In this document: positions 23,961 to 31,295 of the stretch, one piece after another
How the letters are laid out: the number at the start of each line of letters is the position of its first letter
Numbering within the stretch: the stretch's first letter is position 1
Origin: Candidatus Methanoperedens sp.
GTDB taxonomy: Archaea > Halobacteriota > Methanosarcinia > Methanosarcinales > Methanoperedenaceae
Direction of reading: 5' to 3'
DNA length: 32,000 nucleotides
Assembly: GCA_027460535.1 (NCBI GenBank)
Contig: JAPZAR010000008.1
Location: forward strand, 30,001-62,000
Notes under the pieces: generated by a model
What the model was told of the DNA's origin: nothing
Seen by the model: the letters and a program-made list of their open reading frames with translations, nothing else
Database searches by the model: none
Made by a program: the position numbers and the translations under genes

Positions 23961-25150
23961 ATATCTGCATTTTCGCTAAAGGCTTGCCCGTTCATATTAC
24001 AGGGGGAATGGAGATCCATGTTCAATCTTTAGTTGATGGACTCATCAAAAGACAGCATAAAGTAACCGTAATAACCACCAGGCACCCGCTGGGAATTAAG
24101 AAAGAAGAGAAAGGAAATTTGAAAATCTACTACGTGGGTGATAAATCCCTTAAATGTACGGCGAGATTTTATGAAGAATCTCTGGAATTATTTGAAAAAC
24201 TGAACTATGAAGAAAGATTTGATATAGTTCACAGTCAAAGCACCTCTGGTTATGGATTTGCGAGATTCTGTCATAATGAAATACCCTTTATCGTAACTTT
24301 TCAGGGAACAACGTTAAACGAAATAATCAGCGCGATAAATACAAAATCAATAAAAGGTTTTATCATTGCATTATATATATTTTATAATGATTTTCTAATA
24401 AATCATAATAAAGATGATAAAATCACAAGCAAGAGAGCCAGCAAAATAATTGCGGTCAGCAATGAATTAAAAGAGGATCTCAAAAAACAATACAACATCC
24501 CTGAAGAAAAATTTATTTTGATCCAGAACGGTATTGATGTAGATACATTCAGACCGGATTTAGAGGTTTCAGGTCTGAAAGAAAAATATCAACTTCAAAA
24601 CAAGAAAATTATCCTGTCAATTGGCGTGATGACCGGGCAGAAAGGGCATGATCTCCTTATTCGGGTCATGCCTGAACTTTTAAAAGAGGATAGGGAAATA
24701 AAGCTGGTTCTGGTGGGATATGGCCCGGCCATGGAGAATTTAAAGAAAATGGCTCAGGAACTTAAGGTTTCCGATCATGTGGTCTTCACAGGAAAAGTAT
24801 CGCACGAAGAGCTGAAATTTTATTACAATATTGCAGATGTTTTTGCCTTCCCGACGCTGAGAGTGGAAGCCGGGCCTCTGGTGATCCCTGAGGCGATGGC
24901 CTGTGAGAGGCCTGTCATTGCATCAAGGATAGGCGGGATTCCTACTGTCATAGAGAATTATATCGATGGGATTTTAATCCAACCCGGCAATCTCAGGGAA
25001 TTAAAGGAAAAAATACTTGAAGTTTTAAAAAATGAGGAGCTGGGAGCTAAGCTTGGGAAAAATGCACGGAGAAAGATAATGGAACGGTACAGCGTGGATA
25101 GAATGGTTGATGACACAATAAAAGTTTATGAGAAGGCTTTAGGAAAATGA
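23957..25150 (+). CDS. GT4 (group 1, GT-B) glycosyltransferase
   Basis: 397 aa. The C-terminal domain has FPTLRVEAGPLVIPEAMACERPVIASRIGGIP (the E-x7-E region). ATGA overlaps at both ends (23957, 25147). Confidence 0.88.
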   Translation: MNICIFAKGLPVHITGGMEIHVQSLVDGLIKRQHKVTVITTRHPLGIKKEEKGNLKIYYVGDKSLKCTARFYEESLELFEKLNYEERFDIVHSQSTSGYGFARFCHNEIPFIVTFQGTTLNEIISAINTKSIKGFIIALYIFYNDFLINHNKDDKITSKRASKIIAVSNELKEDLKKQYNIPEEKFILIQNGIDVDTFRPDLEVSGLKEKYQLQNKKIILSIGVMTGQKGHDLLIRVMPELLKEDREIKLVLVGYGPAMENLKKMAQELKVSDHVVFTGKVSHEELKFYYNIADVFAFPTLRVEAGPLVIPEAMACERPVIASRIGGIPTVIENYIDGILIQPGNLRELKEKILEVLKNEELGAKLGKNARRKIMERYSVDRMVDDTIKVYEKALGK

Positions 25151-25866
25151 ACATTCAATCCTCGTGGAAGAAGAGAAATGAAGATTTGCTTTACCGCGGA
25201 AAAATATCCTATCTTTCTCCCTATAAAATTGAAAATCAGTCCATCCTGGATGCGTTAATCAAAGCCAAAAAATACGCCTGCGGGAACATATTGGATATGG
25301 GCTGCGGAAATAAACCGTATGCTCTTATTTTTCGCGAAGAAAATTATATTGGAATTGATTTACCCCTCTCTGAATCTGCAAATAAGGAAGAGAAAAAAGC
25401 AGATGTTCATGGTTCCGTTTTGGAGCTGCCTTTTAAATCAAACAGTTTTGATACTGTTATCTCGCTCCAGGTGCTTGAACATGTTCCTGAACCGAAAGAA
25501 ATGCTAAAAGAGGCACATAGAGTCCTAAAAAGGGACGGACATCTGATATTGACAGCCCCCATGACATGGGGATTGCATGAGATTCCGCATGATTATTATC
25601 GTTACACTAGATACGGATTAAAATATCTTGCAGAGAGTCTCGAATTTGAGATCGTCTATATTGAGGAAAGATGCGGTTTCTGGGGCATGATTGGACAAAG
25701 ATTAAGTAGCTGGTCATATCATTGGAGAGGGACGCCAGCGTCAATATTTGGAGAAATGATAAAAAGAAGTTCATGTGCGGTTATCCAGGCATTCTTTTTG
25801 TCACTGGACAGACTGGACAGACAGGAAGGAGATACTTTAGGCTACATAATGGTAGTGAAAAAGTAA
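25147..25866 (+). CDS. Class I SAM-dependent methyltransferase (Methyltransf_11-like), paralog of 28668-29372
   Basis: 239 aa. ILDMGCGNKPY, LPFKSNSFDTVISLQVLEHVPEP, and TAPMTWGLHEIPHDYYRYTRYGLKYL shared with the paralog. Confidence 0.88.
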   Translation: MNIQSSWKKRNEDLLYRGKISYLSPYKIENQSILDALIKAKKYACGNILDMGCGNKPYALIFREENYIGIDLPLSESANKEEKKADVHGSVLELPFKSNSFDTVISLQVLEHVPEPKEMLKEAHRVLKRDGHLILTAPMTWGLHEIPHDYYRYTRYGLKYLAESLEFEIVYIEERCGFWGMIGQRLSSWSYHWRGTPASIFGEMIKRSSCAVIQAFFLSLDRLDRQEGDTLGYIMVVKK

Positions 25867-25900
25867 TAAAATTATTAAGATATAATCAGAAGATGGTATT

Positions 25901-26629
25901 ATGAAGGGAATAATATTAGCAGGCGGAAAAGGAACTCGCTTATATCCTCTGACGAAGGTCACCAACAAGCACTTATTGCCTGTTGGAAAGGAACCTATGA
26001 TATTTCATCCCATCAGACAACTGGTAAGTGCCGGGATACTACAAATAATGATAGTGACCAGTACCGACCACATGGGAGACATTGTCAAAGTTTTAGGTAG
26101 CGGAAAAGAATTCGGATGTGAATTTACATTCAAAGTGCAGGAGGAAGCCAAGGGGATAGCTGATGCATTATCATTAGCTGAAAACTTCGCGGGCAATGAT
26201 AAGATCGTGGTTTTCCTGGGGGATAACGTTTTTGAATACAGCATATCTCCTTATGTCAGGAATTTTGAAAAACAGGAGAAAGGTGCAAGGGTACTGTTGA
26301 AAAAAGTGAATGACCCGGAGAGGTTCGGAATAGCTGCAATGGATGAAAAACACATACTTGAGATAGAAGAAAAACCGCAATCACCTAAAACAGATTTTGC
26401 CGTGGTCGGGGTTTATATGTACAATCCAAAGGTTTTTGATATCCTCAAAAAGATAAAGCCGTCAGATCGAGGTGAATACGAGATAACTTCCGTGAACAAT
26501 GTATATATCAAAGATCATGAATTAAAATATGACATTGTTAAAGGCCGCTGGGTGGACAGTGGAACTTTCGAATCCTATTTTGAGGCAAATGAACTGTTAT
26601 ACCAATTGAATAATAAAATAAAGATGTGA
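25901..26629 (+). CDS. rmlA: Sugar-1-phosphate nucleotidyltransferase, short-form glucose-1-phosphate thymidylyltransferase type
   Basis: 242 aa. MKGIILAGGKGTRLYPLT signature, ...LGDN..., and EKP. Lies immediately upstream of rmlB. Confidence 0.75.
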   Translation: MKGIILAGGKGTRLYPLTKVTNKHLLPVGKEPMIFHPIRQLVSAGILQIMIVTSTDHMGDIVKVLGSGKEFGCEFTFKVQEEAKGIADALSLAENFAGNDKIVVFLGDNVFEYSISPYVRNFEKQEKGARVLLKKVNDPERFGIAAMDEKHILEIEEKPQSPKTDFAVVGVYMYNPKVFDILKKIKPSDRGEYEITSVNNVYIKDHELKYDIVKGRWVDSGTFESYFEANELLYQLNNKIKM

Positions 26630-26672
26630 TAATGAATAAGATGCTGGAATCTATGCCTGCCGGAGTGAATGC

Positions 26673-27620
26673 ATGAAGCTCTTAATTACGGGAGGTGCGG
26701 GTTTTATTGGAAGTAATTTTGTCCGATACATGCTGGAAAAGCGCCCGGATGATGAGATCGTGGTCATAGATAAGCTCACATATGCCGGGCGGCTTGAAAA
26801 TCTGGATGATATAAAAAAGAAGATATCGTTCATAAAAGGGGACATCTGCAGCAGAGAAGATGTCGAAAAAGCGATAAAAGATTGTGACATTGTTTTTAAT
26901 TTCGCGGCCGAGACCCATGTGGATAGATCAATAAAGGAACCCGGCGCTTTTATCAAGACTGATGTTCTTGGAACATATACCTTGCTTGAGGCCGCAAGAA
27001 AATATGAGATTAAGAAATATATCCAGATAAGCACAGATGAGGTCTATAGCTCAATAGAAAAGGGCTCTTTCAAGGAAGATGATATATTAAAGCCTGCATC
27101 GCCGTATTCCGCAAGCAAAGCCGGCGCAGATCTGCTGGTCGGGGCTTATTATAAAACCTATGGCCTCCCGGTCCTGACTACCCGCAGTTCTAATAACTTC
27201 GGTCCCTATCAATATCCGGAAAAACTTATACCACTCTTTATAATAAACGCAATACAAAACAAACCACTGCCGGTGTACGGTGATGGGATGAATGTAAGAG
27301 ATTGGATATATGTTCTGGATAATTGTTCAGCTATTGACATGGTGTATCAAAAGGGAACCCCGGGAGAGATTTACAATATCGGCGCTGGAAATGAAAAAAC
27401 GAATTTGGAGATCACTGACCTGATCCTTTCCGAACTTGATAAGCCAAATAGTCTGATAAAATTTGTAGAAGATAGACCGGGGCATGATAGAAGATACTCA
27501 TTGGATTTTACGAAAATAAAAAGACTCGGATGGGAACCAGAGCATGATTTTGAGACTTCTTTGAAGTCAACGATAAAATGGTATAAAAAGAATGAATGGT
27601 GGTGGAAACCACTTTTATGA
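26673..27620 (+). CDS. rmlB: dTDP-glucose 4,6-dehydratase
   Basis: 315 aa. ITGGAGFIGSNFV, AAETHVDRSI, STDEVY, YSASKAGAD, NNFGPYQYPEKLIP, VRDWIYV. All canonical RmlB motifs. Confidence 0.9.
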   Translation: MKLLITGGAGFIGSNFVRYMLEKRPDDEIVVIDKLTYAGRLENLDDIKKKISFIKGDICSREDVEKAIKDCDIVFNFAAETHVDRSIKEPGAFIKTDVLGTYTLLEAARKYEIKKYIQISTDEVYSSIEKGSFKEDDILKPASPYSASKAGADLLVGAYYKTYGLPVLTTRSSNNFGPYQYPEKLIPLFIINAIQNKPLPVYGDGMNVRDWIYVLDNCSAIDMVYQKGTPGEIYNIGAGNEKTNLEITDLILSELDKPNSLIKFVEDRPGHDRRYSLDFTKIKRLGWEPEHDFETSLKSTIKWYKKNEWWWKPLL

Positions 27621-28552
27621 GTAGCTGTCTCATATTAGGTGGAAACGGATTTATAGGCTCTCAGATAGCTAAGATTTTGGTTGAGAACGGTTACAGTGTC
27701 AAAATATTGAGTGATCTTAAATCCGGTACTTCCAATCTCGAACCTATATTGGATAGAATTGAGATAATCAAAGGTAATTTTTTGGACCGAGGAATTCGAA
27801 AAAAGGCCATTAAAGACGTTGAGTTCGTTTTCCATAACATTTCTACCACCAATCCCCAGAATTCCATCCTCGATCCTGTATATGATGTGGAATCAAATGT
27901 AATTGGGACAATAGGTTTACTGCAGGACCTGATAAATACTAATGTCAGGAAAATCATATTTACATCCTCTGGAGGCACAGTTTATGGGGAACCCCCAAAA
28001 GTTCCCGTGGGCGAAGACGAACCAACGAATCCCATATGCCCCTACGGCATATCAAAATTGGCGATTGAAAAGTATATACAATATTTCAATTACGCATACG
28101 GGTTGGATTACACAATATTCAGATATTCCAATCCCTACGGAGAAGGTCAATATCCCTCCAAGGGGCAGGGAGTTATTCCCGCATTCTTAAGCAATATCGC
28201 AAAAGGAAAGCCGCCTGTGATCTATGGTGACGGCAGCATTATAAGGGATTATGTGTATATAAAGGATGTAGTGGACGTAAATTTGATCGCTATTTCCCGG
28301 AAAATCAAATCGGAACACCATATTTTCAATGTGGGAAGCGGTACGGGTACATCTCTGAATGACCTGGTTGATACAATGTCGGAGGTTATTGGGAATCGAA
28401 TAACACCCGAATATGTAAACGTAAGAAAAGGTGATGTGTCCAGAATAGTACTGGATATAGCACGAATAAAAAAGGAATACGCCTGGAAGCCCAAGACTTC
28501 GCTGGCTGAAGGTATAAAGAATACTTGGAACTGGGTAAAGCAGATCACATGA
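27617..28552 (+). CDS. Extended-SDR NAD-dependent nucleotide-sugar epimerase (GalE/HldD-like; specificity unknown)
   Basis: The ORF is open from ATG 27596. I prefer ATG 27617, which forms an ATGA overlap with the rmlB stop and places GGNGFIGS at residues 8-15. TSSGGTVYG, YGISK (YxxxK). Confidence 0.82.
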   Translation: MSSCLILGGNGFIGSQIAKILVENGYSVKILSDLKSGTSNLEPILDRIEIIKGNFLDRGIRKKAIKDVEFVFHNISTTNPQNSILDPVYDVESNVIGTIGLLQDLINTNVRKIIFTSSGGTVYGEPPKVPVGEDEPTNPICPYGISKLAIEKYIQYFNYAYGLDYTIFRYSNPYGEGQYPSKGQGVIPAFLSNIAKGKPPVIYGDGSIIRDYVYIKDVVDVNLIAISRKIKSEHHIFNVGSGTGTSLNDLVDTMSEVIGNRITPEYVNVRKGDVSRIVLDIARIKKEYAWKPKTSLAEGIKNTWNWVKQIT

Positions 28553-28671
28553 CCTTGGAAGAAGAATTGTATGAAAAAATATGGAAGAGGAAAGAGCTTG
28601 ATGCGGCACCGGAGGTGGAGAGGGGCTCAAGAGTAGGTGTTGCTCTAAAATTGTTGGAGAAATTGGTTTGA
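28549..28671 (+). other. 40-codon ORF that looks like the detached 5' end of the downstream methyltransferase gene (frameshift)
   Basis: ATG 28549 forms an ATGA overlap with the stop of the upstream gene, like the other coupled junctions of this operon. The peptide MTLEEELYEKIWKRKELD... resembles the N-terminus ...SSWKKRNEDL... of the paralog at 25147. It stops at TGA 28669-28671, one nucleotide out of frame with the ORF beginning at 28668. Confidence 0.5.
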
Positions 28672-29372
28672 AATATTCGATTTCTTGGCTAAACCAGTAT
28701 AGGATCATAAGGCAATTCATTTTAGATTCGTTAAACGACTCCCGAATTTATGCTAAAGGGCGCATGCTGGATGTGGGATGCGGTACAAAACCGTATAGAA
28801 AAGTTTTTGTAGATGTGGTGAAAGAACACATAGGTATCGATTATCCTTCCAGCATTTCAGCGAACAAGGAAAATAAAAATGTAGAAATATATTCGATTCT
28901 TCCTCACCTTCCTTTTAAAAATGAAACTTTTGATACAGTGCTAGCCACCGAAGTTCTGGAGCATGTTTCTGAACCTTCTGCCGCTTTTAGTGAAATTAAC
29001 AGGATTCTCAAAAAAAATGGAGTGCTAATTCTGACGGCTCCACAATGCTGGGGGTTACACGAAACACCCCAAGATTATTATAGATATACCAAATTTGGTT
29101 TAAAATACCTTTCTGAAAAAAACAGCTTTGAGGTAATATATATAAAACCACTAGGAGGATTTTTTTCGCTTATAGGACAGAGATTGAGTAGTTTCATTTT
29201 TTACTTACTGGCGATTGATGAGAAAGGGAATTTACGTAATATTTTACTCCGTGGATTAGCCCATGTTATATGTATGTTCTTACAATTGATATTCACAATA
29301 ACCGATAGAATTTTTTATGAAGAAAACGACACTCTTGGCAATATAATGGTAGCCAGGAAGATAATATCATGA
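28668..29372 (+). CDS. Class I SAM-dependent methyltransferase (Methyltransf_11-like), paralog of 25147-25866; the only start available is TTG, so probably frameshifted from 28549
   Basis: 234 aa. MLDVGCGTKPY, LPFKNETFDTVLATEVLEHVSEP, TAPQCWGLHETPQDYYRYTKFGLKYL. This frame is open only from 28602 and has no ATG/GTG before motif I apart from the Met two residues ahead of it. Confidence 0.8.
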   Translation: MKYSISWLNQYRIIRQFILDSLNDSRIYAKGRMLDVGCGTKPYRKVFVDVVKEHIGIDYPSSISANKENKNVEIYSILPHLPFKNETFDTVLATEVLEHVSEPSAAFSEINRILKKNGVLILTAPQCWGLHETPQDYYRYTKFGLKYLSEKNSFEVIYIKPLGGFFSLIGQRLSSFIFYLLAIDEKGNLRNILLRGLAHVICMFLQLIFTITDRIFYEENDTLGNIMVARKIIS

Positions 29373-30520
29373 GAATTGCATTAACCACGGACGATTATAA
29401 TAAACGGGGAGGGATTTCAAGATATGTCGCGGAACTGGCGGAAAATTTTGCTGGGCAACATGAAGTCCATGTATATGCCACAGGATGGAGGGACGTCTGC
29501 AATAAAGCCATAATTTTTCATAAAATTCCAACAATTTCAGGCCCTCGTGTGATAAGTTCTATCCCGTTTACATTGCAATGCACAGTGAGATTAAAATTAT
29601 CGAGATCAAAATATGATATGATTCATATCAACGGTTGTGATAGCATATGCCAGGATATTATTACAGCCCATAGTATTCACAGAGCAGGGATGGAATTCAA
29701 AAAAAATGAGATCGAAATTCGAGGACATGGCTTCCTTGATATGTTTAATTTGACAATAGAAACATTAAATTATTCGCACAGGAATTACAAAAAGATTATA
29801 GCCGACTCCACTTCTTCCAAAGAAGAACTTATGAAATACTATAATGTACCTGATGAAGATATCGCTGTAATTCCGCTTGGTGTGGATCTGGATGAATATA
29901 AACCATTGGGAAAAAATAAATTAACTGAACTGAGAAGAAAATATAGGATTGATGAAAATGATACAGTATTATTAATAGTGGCTACGGAATTTTATAGAAA
30001 GGGGGTGGTGGAGCTGATTAGAGCCGTTGATATAATAGTTAACAGGCGTGGCCATAAAAATATTAAGCTTATAGTTGTTGGTAAGGCAGCAGTTGAAGGT
30101 TCAAGAAAAGGAGATGAATATTACAGAGAACTAGCCAGTAAGTTGGGAGTTGGCAGTAAGGTTTTATTCACAGGACATATAAATGATTTAAATTCGTTTT
30201 ACAATATGGCAGATATATTTGTTTTCCCTACAAAATATGAAGCATTCGGCATACCTACGCTTGAAGCAATGGCCGCTGGTCTTCCGGTCTTAAATAGCAA
30301 AATAGGCGCAGGGGAGCTAATTACGGATGGAATGGATGGAATTCATCTGGATGATCCCAATAATATCGAGGAAATTGCAGACAAACTTGAAACGCTAATA
30401 AAAGATGAAAAACTTCGAAGGTATCTGGGAAAAAATGCCAGAAGCACTGCTATGAACTATTCATGGGACGAGACGGCAAGAAAGACTATGGATGTTTATA
30501 ATATTGTATTAAAAAATTAA
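29369..30520 (+). CDS. GT4 (group 1, GT-B) glycosyltransferase
   Basis: 383 aa. FPTKYEAFGIPTLEAMAAGLPVLNSKIGAGELI (the E-x7-E region). ATGA overlap with the upstream methyltransferase. Confidence 0.88.
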   Translation: MRIALTTDDYNKRGGISRYVAELAENFAGQHEVHVYATGWRDVCNKAIIFHKIPTISGPRVISSIPFTLQCTVRLKLSRSKYDMIHINGCDSICQDIITAHSIHRAGMEFKKNEIEIRGHGFLDMFNLTIETLNYSHRNYKKIIADSTSSKEELMKYYNVPDEDIAVIPLGVDLDEYKPLGKNKLTELRRKYRIDENDTVLLIVATEFYRKGVVELIRAVDIIVNRRGHKNIKLIVVGKAAVEGSRKGDEYYRELASKLGVGSKVLFTGHINDLNSFYNMADIFVFPTKYEAFGIPTLEAMAAGLPVLNSKIGAGELITDGMDGIHLDDPNNIEEIADKLETLIKDEKLRRYLGKNARSTAMNYSWDETARKTMDVYNIVLKN

Positions 30521-30521
30521 T

Positions 30522-31295
30522 ATGAACCTAAAAGAAAAAGAAATCTCAGGCTACCACGCTTTTGCAGAAAGGTCAGGCTGGGATAGATCCTTTGCCGGCT
30601 TTCTCAGGAAAATGGTAGAAGGCAGGGACTCATTATACTTTCGTTTCCTAATGGAGATCATTAAAGCTAAGGGCGACAAACTTCTCGATTTCGCAGCGGG
30701 AACATGCTGGACTTCATATATTTTCGGGGAGAAAGGCTATGATGTGACTGCACTTGAAATGAATTCAAGTGATATCTGCGGCCTCGGATTGTTCAGGAAA
30801 TACAGAGATAAATTGCCCTTCCAGGCTATCCTGGGGGATTGCGAGAACTCCCCGCTCAAAGAAGGTGTCTTTGATGTGGTTTTCTGCCACCAGGCGCTGC
30901 ACCATGCATCCGACCTTGACCGGATGGTTTCCGAGATGGCAAGATGCGCGAAAAAGAACGGGCTCGTTATCGCCGGGGGAGAGCATATCCGTCCTTTTTT
31001 CACTGGCGATGAGGAATTTAGAAAGAAGCATCCCGCTGTTGCTTTTGGGGCAAATGAACACGCCTACCCTTATTACGAGTACAGGGATGCTTTTAGAAGT
31101 GCAGGGATTGTGAAAGTGAAGGTTGTACCCCGTGGATTCGAGTGCGATTTTGAGACAATTTCTCAGAAGCCTATCCGGGCATTGATTAAAGGCATCTCAA
31201 AGATCCCAATCCTCGGACATGGAATTGTAAGTTTTGTTCTCCTGAATTTTAGCGGCGCAGGCACTGAGATTACCATATATGGTTTCAAATCATGA
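30522..31295 (+). CDS. Class I SAM-dependent methyltransferase
   Basis: 257 aa. Motif I LLDFAAGTCW, VFDVVFCHQALHHASD. Starts 1 nt after the upstream stop. Last gene of the operon. Confidence 0.82.
   Translation: MNLKEKEISGYHAFAERSGWDRSFAGFLRKMVEGRDSLYFRFLMEIIKAKGDKLLDFAAGTCWTSYIFGEKGYDVTALEMNSSDICGLGLFRKYRDKLPFQAILGDCENSPLKEGVFDVVFCHQALHHASDLDRMVSEMARCAKKNGLVIAGGEHIRPFFTGDEEFRKKHPAVAFGANEHAYPYYEYRDAFRSAGIVKVKVVPRGFECDFETISQKPIRALIKGISKIPILGHGIVSFVLLNFSGAGTEITIYGFKS

Noticed and set aside
24361-24420. Extreme A/T patch (one 60-nt line with about 13% GC by hand count) inside the GT4 gene, considered as a possible insertion or internal promoter.
   Set aside because: The reading frame stays open and encodes a plausible Ile/Asn/Lys-rich linker (IIALYIFYNDFLINHNKDDK). 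There are no flanking repeats. It is probably just the low-GC codon bias of this gene.
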